Part shown: positions 18,640 to 27,903 of the stretch, piece after piece
Layout of the letters: each line of letters opens with the position of its first letter
Numbering within the stretch: position 1 is the first letter of the stretch
Assembly (NCBI GenBank): GCA_002367275.1
Contig: DFBE01000015.1
Span: 160-38,462 of the forward strand
Origin: Dehalococcoidia bacterium UBA3088
Lineage (GTDB): Bacteria > Chloroflexota > Dehalococcoidia > UBA2247 > UBA3088
Direction: 5' to 3'
DNA: 38,303 bases
Position numbers and translations under genes: made by a program
The notes under the pieces: generated by a model
Databases searched by the model: none
What the model was told of the DNA's origin: nothing
Seen by the model: only the letters and a program-made list of their open reading frames with translations

Positions 18640-19665
18640 TTACTGCTTAAGGCCTCCGGTTATAGGAACCTTCTCCCCACAGGCAGGACAGCATCCATCT
18701 ATGATCTGGTATCTGGTTATATCCAATCCATATCTCTCGATCAGAAGCTCATTACACTTGGGACAATAAGTATTCTCATAGGGATGCCCTGGCACATTTC
18801 CAACGTATACATAGCTTAGACCTTCTTCCTTGCCTATTCTCCTTGCCCTCTCTAGAGTGCTCCTGGGGGTAGGATCTTCCTCGAACTTGTAGGCAGGATA
18901 GTATCTGGTAGTATGCCAGGGGGTCTCTTCTCCTAGCTCATCCTTGATCCTCCTGGCAATTCTTCTCAGACATCTCTCACTATTATTCACACCGGGTATG
19001 ATGAGAGTAGTTACCTCCACCCAGACCCCGTGCCTTTTTGCCCATAAGGCATTCCTCCATATCTTCTCTACATCAGCCGAACAAAATTTCTCCACTACCT
19101 CAGCATCTCCCTTTATATCAATGTTCATGGCATCAAGCCCATGGTCTACCAGAGCCTGGAGTGCTTCCAGGGTCATATATCCATTGGTAATGTAGGTGTT
19201 ATAGTAGTTCTTTTGCTTAGCCAATTTGAAGACATCCAAAGAATATTCCAAAAGCAGGGTGGGCTCGTTGAAGGAAATGCTCGTGCCACCACATCCATAC
19301 CTTCCCACCAGTTCAACAAGCCCTGAGGGGCTTATATATCTCCCCTTTCCTACATTCTGAGGAGACTTACTTATATCGTAGTTTTGGCACCAAGGACAAC
19401 TGAAGTTGCAGCCCCAGCTCCCTATGGTTAAGGCTTCGCTCCCCGGCCAAAAATGAAACAGAGGCTTCTTCTCAATGGGGTTTATGCTCAGGGAGGAGAT
19501 ATCGCCATACTCCAGGGTATAAAGCTTTCCTCCTATATTCTTCCGGGTATTGCAGAACCCCAGCCCACCTTTAGGAATATCACAACACCTCTCGCAGGTA
19601 TGGCACCTCAGTCTCCCCTCGGCCTCCTCAAACAGAAGGGCTTCCCTTATTCGCGGGTCTCCCAT
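18640..19665 (-). CDS. amrS: AmmeMemoRadiSam system radical SAM enzyme
   Basis: N-terminal CxxC...C, PIEKKPLFHF, GCNFSCPWCQNYDIS, YVYVGNV and C-terminal CPKC/CPAC. Confidence 0.9.
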   Translation of the reverse strand: MGDPRIREALLFEEAEGRLRCHTCERCCDIPKGGLGFCNTRKNIGGKLYTLEYGDISSLSINPIEKKPLFHFWPGSEALTIGSWGCNFSCPWCQNYDISKSPQNVGKGRYISPSGLVELVGRYGCGGTSISFNEPTLLLEYSLDVFKLAKQKNYYNTYITNGYMTLEALQALVDHGLDAMNIDIKGDAEVVEKFCSADVEKIWRNALWAKRHGVWVEVTTLIIPGVNNSERCLRRIARRIKDELGEETPWHTTRYYPAYKFEEDPTPRSTLERARRIGKEEGLSYVYVGNVPGHPYENTYCPKCNELLIERYGLDITRYQIIDGCCPACGEKVPITGGLKQ

Positions 19666-19673
19666 TTTCTTCC

Positions 19674-19907
19674 TTAAAGGGGGTTGATCTGAACCAGAGA
19701 GTTAAACCTCAAGGCATCATTGTACAGGGCGAGGTTGTCAAATAGAAGGTAGGCTTTATCCCCCGCCATTCCTTTAAGATGTATTAGTTCCTCATCAGAA
19801 TAGTTAAGTCTAAAGTAGCATGTCTTTCTCCATGGTGTCTCCCTCCGCCACCTGAGGATAGTCTCGAGCTTGGGCGGTTTGTAGAAGGTCTGACGGAGCT
19901 TTACCAA
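19674..19907 (-). pseudogene. Internally deleted DUF72 family remnant
   Basis: N-terminal-like QTFYKPPKLET..RWRRETP joined directly to C-terminal-like YFRL..YSDEEL...YLLFDN...DALRF in only 77 codons. Confidence 0.6.
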
Positions 19908-19930
19908 ACATCCTTACCTCCAGATCGTTC

Positions 19931-20707
19931 TTAAGCTAATGCTTTGACTTCCTCTACTATCTTGGGTAGGCTTTCCGCCACCTTGTCATGGATTATTATA
20001 TTGGCCATACCATCGTAAGGGGTTGGCCCAAGGTTAATGATGACAAGGTTTGCGCCACTTCCTTTGGCTAGTTGGGGTAGCTCAGCCACTGGATAGACCA
20101 CTAAGGAAGAGCCGCAGACCAACATAAGTTCACATTTCTGAGCATACGCAAACGATGTTTTGAGTGCATCTTGAGGAAGAGCCTCCCCGAAGAAAACAAC
20201 GTCTGGCTTAATGATACCTCCACAGTCACAGATCGGGGGGATCTTCTGTTGCCCTATGACTTCGTTTATGAATTCCTCCATGTCTATTTCTCTTTTGCAC
20301 TTCATGCAGCTTGATGTACGAATTGACCCATGGGCCTCGACCACATTCTTACTTCCTGCCTTTTGATGTAACATATCTACATTCTGGGTTATGATGCAGG
20401 AAAGCTTACCCATTCTCTCAAGCTCAGCCAATGCCTTGTGCCCTTCATTTGGCTCTGCGTGAGTGAGTTTAGATATATCCATCCCCTTGATGAGCCCCAT
20501 GACCTCCTTGAGATCAAAGCCCTTAGTGTAGGAACCTATATGAGCGAACTTCATAGGGTCAATCTTTTCCCATATGCCCGTCCCCGGGCTTCTGAAGTCT
20601 GGTATGTCAGATTCAGTAGACATTCCAGCCCCACTTAGGGCAACAGTTAACCTTGACTTATTTATGAACTCTGCTACCTTCCTGGTCTCTTCTTCTAGCC
20701 AACCCAT
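19931..20707 (-). CDS. cobB: NAD-dependent protein deacylase (Sir2 family)
   Basis: GAGMSTESDIPDFRS, TQNVD.LH, HGS, CxxC/CxC Zn site, KPDVVFFGE, GSSLVVYP. Confidence 0.93.
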   Translation of the reverse strand: MGWLEEETRKVAEFINKSRLTVALSGAGMSTESDIPDFRSPGTGIWEKIDPMKFAHIGSYTKGFDLKEVMGLIKGMDISKLTHAEPNEGHKALAELERMGKLSCIITQNVDMLHQKAGSKNVVEAHGSIRTSSCMKCKREIDMEEFINEVIGQQKIPPICDCGGIIKPDVVFFGEALPQDALKTSFAYAQKCELMLVCGSSLVVYPVAELPQLAKGSGANLVIINLGPTPYDGMANIIIHDKVAESLPKIVEEVKALA

Positions 20708-21127
20708 TTTGTCATATTCTCCTTATATCTTACTTTTCGGCCGCTCATTACCTCACCCCGCATACCCTCACATTCCCAAACTTTAAGCCATTCAACCACT
20801 TTAGAGCATCATAGCATCCTCCCCATAAATTCGTATACTGTTTGTTAAATTGGATCTTCTCGATGAAAAGGTTTGTTGCTCTGGTTTCCTCGAGGAAGTA
20901 TAGGACCAAGTTCAAGTTCGGGCATTATGATATGAAAGAGTGCTCACCGGTTAGCTTGATGAAATGTGCAATAGCACTTTTCATTGGGCTGCATCTTATA
21001 ACTGATCCTTAAGCAACCAATACCCCTTTAAGAAATTCCAGTCTATTTTATTGCTTCTTTTATTCAAGCAATGTCCTCAGTTTATTTTTCTCGGCGAAGC
21101 CCCTACGCCCGTACAAAAAGCGCCATG

Positions 21128-21156
21128 TTGACTTTTTCTCATCAGAATTGTATCCT
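21128..21156 (+). promoter_or_regulatory. Candidate sigma70 promoter
   Basis: TTGACT-17 nt-TATCCT; supports the 21205 start. Confidence 0.45.
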
Positions 21157-21204
21157 ATCTCATACTGTACCCTATGTGAGGTCAAACATGTTAAGAGGCA
21201 TAAT

Positions 21205-22704
21205 TTGAGAATACTTCTCGTTTATCCGCAATATCCGGACACATTCTGGAGTTTCAAGCATGCCTTAAAGTTCATTTCTAAAAAGGCGGCTTTCCCTCCT
21301 CTGGGCTTACTAACTGTAGCCGCGATGCTTCCGAAGGAGTGGGAGAAGAAACTTGTGGACATGAGCACAGCAAAGTTGAGCGACGGAGATATTAAATGGG
21401 CTGATTATGTCTTTATCAGCGCTATGTCTGTACAAAGAGATTCAGTGAGGGATGTTATCAAGAGATGTAGGAAGTTTGGTGTTAAGATTGTTGCCGGTGG
21501 CCCTCTTTTTACTACCGGGCATGAAGAATTTGATGGAGTGGACCATTTTGTGCTCAATGAGGCCGAAATTACCCTTCCACTCTTTTTAGAAGATTTGAAC
21601 AACGGGTGCGCCAGGCATATTTACACCTCTGATGAGTGGGCGGACATAAAGACAACTCCTATGCCATCCTGGGAGCTTATTGACATGAAAAAATACTCCA
21701 CAATGAGTGTTCAATATTCCCGAGGTTGCCCTTTTGATTGTGAATTCTGCGATATTATCGTGCTAAATGGGCATGTGCCGCGGACAAAAGGTAAAGATCA
21801 AGTACTGGAAGAGTTAGACGCGCTGTACAAACAAGGTTGGCGAAGCGGCGTCTTTATTGTGGACGACAACTTTATAGGAAACAAGAGGAAATTGAAGGCG
21901 GAAATCCTGCCGGTGATAATTGAGTGGATGGAAAAGAAGAAACATCCCTTTTCGCTGTTTACTGAGGCATCTATAAATCTCTCTGACGATGAAGAGTTGA
22001 TGCAACTGATGGTCAAGGCAAACTTTGAAACAGTATTTGTTGGAATTGAAACCACATGCGAAGAGAGTCTATCCGAATGCGGCAAGTTTCAAAATAAAGA
22101 CCGTGATTTGATAGCTTCGGTTAAGAAGCTCCAGAACTATGGCTTACAGGTGCAAGGAGGGTTTATTATAGGCTTCGACAACGACCCCCATACAATTTTT
22201 GAAAACCAAATCAGTTTTATTCAACGAAGCGGAATTGTTACGGCGATGGTCGGCTTACTGAATGCTCCCCCCGGCACAAAGCTATACCGACGCCTGAAGA
22301 ATGAGAATCGTCTATTACCAGACTTTTCCGGTGACAACACCGATTGCTCAATGAATTTCATTCCTAGAATGGACTATAAGACTCTTATCGACGGCTACAA
22401 AGAAGTCCTCAATACTATTTATTCACCCAAAGAGTATTATGAACGCGTAAAAATATTCCTGAAGGAATACAAACCGCTACGAGCGAAGGCATTTCATCCT
22501 CAGTTTGGACATCTCAGGCCATTTGCCAGATCTGTGTGGTTTTTAGGAATCAAAGAAAAAGGAAGAAAATATTACTGGAGGCTTCTTACCTGGACATTAT
22601 TAAGACGTCCACGGTCCTTCCCAGTATCAGTAACCCTTGCAATCTATGGATTCCACTTCCGCAAGGTTGTGAAGGGCTACATCGGAGTCTCAGTTTTAAA
22701 GTAA
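21205..22704 (+). CDS. B12-binding radical SAM protein (DUF4070-type C-terminus)
   Basis: RILLVYP..PDTFWSF..PPLGLLTVA, SRGCPFDCEFC, VDDNFIGN; TTG start after AAGAGG. Confidence 0.9.
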   Translation: MRILLVYPQYPDTFWSFKHALKFISKKAAFPPLGLLTVAAMLPKEWEKKLVDMSTAKLSDGDIKWADYVFISAMSVQRDSVRDVIKRCRKFGVKIVAGGPLFTTGHEEFDGVDHFVLNEAEITLPLFLEDLNNGCARHIYTSDEWADIKTTPMPSWELIDMKKYSTMSVQYSRGCPFDCEFCDIIVLNGHVPRTKGKDQVLEELDALYKQGWRSGVFIVDDNFIGNKRKLKAEILPVIIEWMEKKKHPFSLFTEASINLSDDEELMQLMVKANFETVFVGIETTCEESLSECGKFQNKDRDLIASVKKLQNYGLQVQGGFIIGFDNDPHTIFENQISFIQRSGIVTAMVGLLNAPPGTKLYRRLKNENRLLPDFSGDNTDCSMNFIPRMDYKTLIDGYKEVLNTIYSPKEYYERVKIFLKEYKPLRAKAFHPQFGHLRPFARSVWFLGIKEKGRKYYWRLLTWTLLRRPRSFPVSVTLAIYGFHFRKVVKGYIGVSVLK

Positions 22705-22821
22705 TGCTTAAGCCTTCTGGTAAGACAAACAATTGCCTCCTCCCAACCTTTAATGTCCACATATTCTCCCATGGTGTTCATAACTGCTCCATCCCTCACA
22801 GATTCGGGTAAATCTTAAAAA

Positions 22822-23574
22822 TTGAGAAAAAAAATTAAGCTTTTCGGAATCGCCTGGACCATAGGACTTGGAGGTGGTTTACTTTTCTGGCTTCTCAGAG
22901 TAACTAGAAGGGTCAAGGTTGAGGGCTATGACCGGAGAAAGTTCAACTCTAACCATAAAGGATTAATCTTAATCCACAATCATCCCTCGCTGTGGGAACC
23001 AGCTTTACTGCCCTTTCTATTCTTCCCCTGGTATCTTTTTTCATCACATTCCGTTCCTTTTTCCATCCCTGACAAGAAAAATTACCATGATAAGTGGTGG
23101 TTTTCCTCTTTTAGGTCAGTTTGTATTCCTGTTGAGAGGGAGAATCCCAGGGAAGGAATGCGAGCCTTAAGGCTTATGAAGGAAAAATTAGCTCAGGGCA
23201 AAGTCCTGATTTTGGCCCCGGAAGGAGGAAGAACCTTTAAGGGTGAGGAGTTCAGGGTGATCAAAGATGGAGAGATAGAAGTGGTGAAAGGCTTATCAGA
23301 GATTGATTTAAGGGATAATAAGGCCCTGAGAAGGTTTAAGCCGGGGGTCAGCTGGCTGATCTCCAACAGCAAGGCCGAAATTTTGCCCGTCTGGACGGAG
23401 GGAGGGGAAGGGGTTATTCTCAATGAATCCTCCTCCTTCAAGCTTCCTTTCCCCCGCTTGTGGAGACAAACTCGAATAAAGATTGGAGAGCGGTTGGACT
23501 TAGAAAAACTCCCCAGGAAAGAAATAGCCAGGCTCTTAGAGGATTCAGTCCTGAGGATAGGAAATGAGGTCTAA
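22822..23574 (+). CDS. Lysophospholipid acyltransferase (PlsC family)
   Basis: NHPSLWE (HX4E variant), IPVER, LAPEGGRT, FKPG, ILPV. Confidence 0.8.
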   Translation: MRKKIKLFGIAWTIGLGGGLLFWLLRVTRRVKVEGYDRRKFNSNHKGLILIHNHPSLWEPALLPFLFFPWYLFSSHSVPFSIPDKKNYHDKWWFSSFRSVCIPVERENPREGMRALRLMKEKLAQGKVLILAPEGGRTFKGEEFRVIKDGEIEVVKGLSEIDLRDNKALRRFKPGVSWLISNSKAEILPVWTEGGEGVILNESSSFKLPFPRLWRQTRIKIGERLDLEKLPRKEIARLLEDSVLRIGNEV

Positions 23575-23675
23575 TGCTTCCATACTTTCTCCCCTATTGG
23601 GTGGATGGTAGACCCGCTTTTTAATAATTTAACTTCACATGCTTTCTGAACATGAACCATATTCCCCTGCCTGAG

Positions 23676-23747
23676 AGCGGGAGACGGGATTCGAACCCGC
23701 GACAGCCTGCTTGGAAGGCAGGAACTCTACCACTGAGTTACTCCCGC
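23676..23747 (-). tRNA. tRNA-Gly (TCC)
   Basis: Reverse complement GCGGGAGTAACTCAGTGGTAGAGTTCCTGCCTTCCAAGCAGGCTGTCGCGGGTTCGAATCCCGTCTCCCGCT; complete cloverleaf; CCA not encoded. Confidence 0.96.
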
Positions 23748-23865
23748 AGCTAAAGCTAAACAGAAATCTCCAGAGCTATTAATGGCTTTACCTGTCTCTG
23801 TTATACATTGTAGGAGCTACGCCCCTGGTAGGTCAACACTGTTATGGCGGATGAAAAAAGAGAAT

Positions 23866-23913
23866 TTGACAGAATCTTCGACAGGATATAGAGTAGCAAG
23901 GCAAACAGTTTCT
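23866..23913 (+). promoter_or_regulatory. Operon A promoter with NrpR-type operator
   Basis: TTGACA (23866-71)-17 nt-TAGAGT (23889-94), then GGCA-AACAGT-TTCT (23900-13) across the predicted start site. Confidence 0.65.
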
Positions 23914-23952
23914 TATGGCCATTATGGCTAAATCAGATAGGGGATATCTTTA

Positions 23953-24951
23953 GTGGGCTTCGAAACACAAGATGTTGAAAGAAAGGGCTTCTCCATTCTC
24001 AAAATTTTGAGCGAGTCCTCAAAAGCACTGGGAGCCAGAGCCATTGCCTACCACCTGAAAGACCACGGTATTGAACTGGGTGAAAGGGCAGTAAGATACC
24101 ATCTCAAGCTGATGGACGAAAGAGGTCTAACCCAACTTATAGGGAGAGATGGCAGGCTAATCACAGAGTCAGGAGTCGAGGAGCTAAAGAATGCCCTGGT
24201 CAGAGACAAAGTTGGCTTTGCTATTTCAAGGATTGAGCTACTGGCCTTCCGCACCGATTTTGACTGGAATAAGCGCACCGGTTCGGTCCCGGTCAACGTC
24301 TCTTTTTCCCCCCAAAAAAGGTTCTCAAAGGCGCTCCAGGCAATGAAGCCTGTCTTTGAAAAAGGGCTTTGCGTCAGCGATCTGGTGGCGGTAGCTCAGG
24401 AGGGCGAGCCGCTTGGTGAATCAATTGTTCCTCGAGGTAAGGTGGGGTTGGCTACAGTTTGCAGCATTGTGCTGAATGGCACTCTGCTTAAGGCCGGCAT
24501 CCCTATGGACTCCAGATTTGGTGGTATACTTCAAATTCGAAATCACAAGCCCCTTCGTTTCGTAGAACTCATCCACTACGCTGGCTCCTCGCTAGACCCC
24601 TCTGAAGTATTCATCAGGGCCAGGATGACCTCTGTTACCGAGGTAGCCCAAAAAGGTGATGGGAAAATATTGGCCAACTTTCGGGAAATACCTGCTCCAT
24701 GCCGACCGATAGCCGAGAAGGTAGTGTCTGGTCTCAAGGAGGTAGGGTTGGGAGGTTTGCTTTTGATGGGAAACACCAGCGAGCCAGTATGTGAAATCAC
24801 GGTGGAACTCAACCGAATTGGAATGATCCTTCTGGGCGGCTTGAACCCGGTAGCTGCAGTTGAGGAGGCAGGCATAGAAGTTGAAAGTCATGCCATGAGC
24901 ACGGTCGTGGAATACCAGAAGTTAATCAAATTCAGAGAGATTGCGAAATGA
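23953..24951 (+). CDS. nrpR: NrpR-family nitrogen repressor (wHTH plus one NRD/DUF128)
   Basis: ERAVRYHL..MDERGLT wHTH; TVCS, FGG.L, Y.GSSLDPSEVFI, LANFREIP, GGLNPVAA. Confidence 0.9.
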   Translation: MGFETQDVERKGFSILKILSESSKALGARAIAYHLKDHGIELGERAVRYHLKLMDERGLTQLIGRDGRLITESGVEELKNALVRDKVGFAISRIELLAFRTDFDWNKRTGSVPVNVSFSPQKRFSKALQAMKPVFEKGLCVSDLVAVAQEGEPLGESIVPRGKVGLATVCSIVLNGTLLKAGIPMDSRFGGILQIRNHKPLRFVELIHYAGSSLDPSEVFIRARMTSVTEVAQKGDGKILANFREIPAPCRPIAEKVVSGLKEVGLGGLLLMGNTSEPVCEITVELNRIGMILLGGLNPVAAVEEAGIEVESHAMSTVVEYQKLIKFREIAK

Positions 24952-25718
24952 AAGAAGTGAGAATCATACCTTGTCTGGACGTGAAAGATGGGAGAGTAGT
25001 CAAAGGGATAAACTTTGTGAACCTGAGAGATGCCCGTGACCCGGTAGAGGCAGCTCACGCCTATTGCCAGGCAGGGGCGGATGAACTCGTTTTCCTGGAC
25101 ATCTTCGCTACTTTAGAGAATAGAAGAACAAGACTGGAATGGGTCAAAAAGGTCGCTCGGAAGGTCACCATCCCCTTTGCGGTAGGAGGCGGAATCAGGA
25201 GCACGAGCGACATGAAGGAACTATTCGACCTTGGTGTGGATAAGGTCTCCATTAACACCGCTGCGGTAGAAAATCCGAAGCTTATAAAGGAAACCTCAAA
25301 CGAGCTTGGAAGAGAGAGGCTGGTGGTGGCTATCGACGGCCGGAAGAACCCGCATAAAGGCCATCTTCCTCGCCTCGAGGTAGTGGTGAAAAGTGGCAGT
25401 GAGGCCACCGGCATGGGAGTTGTTGATTGGGCAAAAAGGGTGGAAGAACTGAGGGCGGGAGAGATTTTGCTCACCAGCAAGGATGCTGACGGCACCAAGG
25501 AGGGCTATGACCTGGAGATGACAAGAGCGGTGGCCGAGGCAGTAACCATACCGGTCATAGCTTCGGGAGGAGCGGGTAAACTAGAGCACCTTTATGAAGC
25601 AGTGACAATCGGGAAGGCGTCAGCGGTGTTAGCCGCCTCCATCTTCCACTTCGGGGAAATATCTATACCTGAGGCTAAAAGATACCTCAGGGAAAGGGGA
25701 ATAGCCGTAAAAATATAA
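24948..25718 (+). CDS. hisF: HisF-like cyclase paralogue 1 (diverged HisH interface)
   Basis: [63 protein letters not shown]. Confidence 0.88.
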   Translation: MKEVRIIPCLDVKDGRVVKGINFVNLRDARDPVEAAHAYCQAGADELVFLDIFATLENRRTRLEWVKKVARKVTIPFAVGGGIRSTSDMKELFDLGVDKVSINTAAVENPKLIKETSNELGRERLVVAIDGRKNPHKGHLPRLEVVVKSGSEATGMGVVDWAKRVEELRAGEILLTSKDADGTKEGYDLEMTRAVAEAVTIPVIASGGAGKLEHLYEAVTIGKASAVLAASIFHFGEISIPEAKRYLRERGIAVKI

Positions 25719-25731
25719 GGAGGTAGCTCAT

Positions 25732-27297
25732 ATGTCTTTAAGCAAACCGAATGCCAGTGCAGCAACGCTAACCACCACCAGGGTGGCACCCTCACCCATC
25801 TCTGGATTATGTGTGACCTGTGTAGATGGTTGTCCCGGGTATTGCGAAGTGGGAAGGTCGGCTCTCAGGGGAAGAGAGGTCATCTATCCGCAACCTTTTG
25901 GAAAGGTCATTGCCGGGTCAGAGAAAGATTATCCGGTCGATTTCTCTCACTTCAATATCCAGGGGACTTGTGTTGGGGCAGTGGGCATTGAGGCCGACCC
26001 AGATAAGGCTGTCTTCGGTGCCGTCGACCTTTCCACCGAAATTGGTGCTGAGGATAGAAAAATTAAAATGAAGGTTCCTTTCTTCACCGGCGCTCTGGGC
26101 TCAACCGAAATAGCTAGAGTGAACTGGGAGGGCACGGCCGCAGCCATTGCTATGTGTGGAGCGGTGCTCGTCTGTGGGGAGAATGTCTGCGGCATGGATC
26201 CTGATGCCGAGTTTAAAAACGGAAGGATCGTCAGCTCTCCTGAGCTAGAAAGAAGGGTAAAGATATATAAGGATTGGTATGAAGGCTATGGGACCATGCT
26301 CGTCCAGGCAAACGTGGAAGATACTCGCCTTGGTGTTCCTGAATACGCGATAGAAAAGCTTGGAGTTGAAGGCATTGAGATAAAGTGGGGGCAGGGAGCG
26401 AAGGATATAGGTGGGGAAGTTAAATTGCCCGCCCTAGAAAGGGCACTTGAGCTTAAGCAAAGAGGATATATCGTTATTCCCAACCCTGAAGATCCTGTCG
26501 TTCAAGAGTCCTATAAAATTGGAGGAATACGAGAGTTTGAGCGCCATTCACGGCTGGGGATGGTGGATGAGGAATCTTTTTTGAGAGAAGTGGAAAGATT
26601 GAGGAAGATAGGTGCCAGGTATATCACCCTCAAAACCGGCGCCTATAAAGCCTCTGATTTAGCCCGGGCGGTGAAATTTGCCTCCGAGGCTAAAATAGAT
26701 CTCCTCACTGTGGATGGCGCCGGTGGTGGAACTGGAATGAGCCCGTGGAGAATGATGAACGAGTGGGGTATACCTACGGTATATCTGGAAAGCCTTCTGT
26801 ATAGGTTTCTTAAGAAGCTTGATGAAAAAGGCGAATTCATTCCCAGTTGCGCTGTGGCGGGTGGCATTGCCCTTGAAGACCACATCCTTAAGGCTATAGC
26901 CCTGGGGGCCCCCTACATCAAGGCAGTATGTATGGGTAGAAGCACTCTTACCGCAGCCATGGTGGGGAAGACACATGGTCAGCTTCTCCAGGAAACGTTT
27001 GGGAAAGACAAAGAATATCAGGAGGCCTTGCTTCGCACTTTCGTCGGGGTAGCAGGGCTTAAGGAGAAGTATGGGGGAGATTTTGCCCGGATCCCGCCGG
27101 CAGCAATAGGCATCTATACCTACTACGATAGGCTTGCCACAGGTTTAAGGCAGCTCATGGCCGGGGGGCGCAAATTTGCCCTTAATTTTATAAGTAGAGA
27201 CGACCTGATGGCCCTGACACGAGAAGCAGCCGATGTCTCGGGTATCCCTTATGTAATGGAAGCGGATATGGAAGAGGCGGAGAAGATACTTCGATAA
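25732..27297 (+). CDS. Stand-alone FMN-binding glutamate synthase-family protein
   Basis: EIKWGQGAKDIGGE, LKTG, DGAGGGTGMSP, AGG; N-terminal CxxCxxxCxxxC; no C-terminal 3Fe-4S motif. Confidence 0.85.
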   Translation: MSLSKPNASAATLTTTRVAPSPISGLCVTCVDGCPGYCEVGRSALRGREVIYPQPFGKVIAGSEKDYPVDFSHFNIQGTCVGAVGIEADPDKAVFGAVDLSTEIGAEDRKIKMKVPFFTGALGSTEIARVNWEGTAAAIAMCGAVLVCGENVCGMDPDAEFKNGRIVSSPELERRVKIYKDWYEGYGTMLVQANVEDTRLGVPEYAIEKLGVEGIEIKWGQGAKDIGGEVKLPALERALELKQRGYIVIPNPEDPVVQESYKIGGIREFERHSRLGMVDEESFLREVERLRKIGARYITLKTGAYKASDLARAVKFASEAKIDLLTVDGAGGGTGMSPWRMMNEWGIPTVYLESLLYRFLKKLDEKGEFIPSCAVAGGIALEDHILKAIALGAPYIKAVCMGRSTLTAAMVGKTHGQLLQETFGKDKEYQEALLRTFVGVAGLKEKYGGDFARIPPAAIGIYTYYDRLATGLRQLMAGGRKFALNFISRDDLMALTREAADVSGIPYVMEADMEEAEKILR

Positions 27298-27307
27298 AGG
27301 AGGAGAA

Positions 27308-27517
27308 GTGCTAAAAACCATATGTTTGCAGAACTGCCCTGTTCCTTTCTGCGTGTCGTCATGCCCTTCAGGCGCTTTGATACTGAAGGACAATCATGTC
27401 ATGGTGGAACATGATTTGTGCCACGGATGTGGAATTTGCCGCTATGCATGTATGACCCTGAGCAGGGATCATTCTATGAGGACGAAGAGCAGATTCTGGC
27501 TTGCAGGAAGAATGTGA
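27308..27517 (+). CDS. Small 4Fe-4S protein
   Basis: CLQNC...CVSSCP and CHGCGICRYAC; strong RBS AAGGAGG before GTG. Confidence 0.75.
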   Translation: MLKTICLQNCPVPFCVSSCPSGALILKDNHVMVEHDLCHGCGICRYACMTLSRDHSMRTKSRFWLAGRM

Positions 27518-27618
27518 ACAGTGTACGACCTGGAATCGGTTAAAGCCCTTGAAAGGAAAAGGCTCCGGATTTCCTCTAGGGCAAGTTAGACCACGTGTTC
27601 GTTGACGTGCAGCCGCCA

Positions 27619-27826
27619 TTGTTATACTGTCACCCGGTTACTGATAAACCTATACCCTATTATCGTGACATCCTCTTTTGCTGAAAACAACAACGTCTCG
27701 TCTTACAAAATTGTGGCAATATTGACCCGGAGAATATCGAAGGTTATCTAGCTGCTGGCGGCTACCAGGCATTGCGCAAGGCTTGGAATGACTCTTAGTG
27801 AGATTATTGATGGGGCGGGTTTTCCT
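27619..27826 (+). pseudogene. Remnant of a NuoF/HydB-like NADH-binding flavoprotein gene
   Basis: Translates [54 protein letters not shown], then frameshifted MTLSEIID and GAGFP; in-frame TGA at 27682. Confidence 0.82.
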
Positions 27827-27903
27827 ATTATCACCCGCGGTTCAGTTTGTCTGTTTTACGGGCGGGGTATAGGATTTATGTTGGCATTAGCAATAATGTT
27901 ATA

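Noticed and set aside
20933-20982. GAGTGCT...AGCACTT as a CIRCE element for HrcA
   Set aside because: The arms are in the wrong order and spacing compared with TTAGCACTC-N9-GAGTGCTAA, and no chaperone gene follows.
20790-21000. Possible gene remnant between cobB and the radical SAM gene
   Set aside because: The minus-strand frames I translated gave only short peptides with no family I could recognise.
16900-23676. Integrative island at tRNA-Gly
   Set aside because: No integrase is present and I found no duplicated tRNA 3' end (att site) by eye.
24948-25718. HisF1 as a misread HisA
   Set aside because: It carries HisF-specific motifs (CLDVKDGRVVKG, DKVSINT, LAASIFH), not HisA ones.
27682-27684. 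In-frame TGA after a Cys codon as selenocysteine
   Set aside because: The position is not a catalytic Cys site in NuoF-like proteins, and the same remnant has a frameshift and a deletion, so it is a pseudogene.
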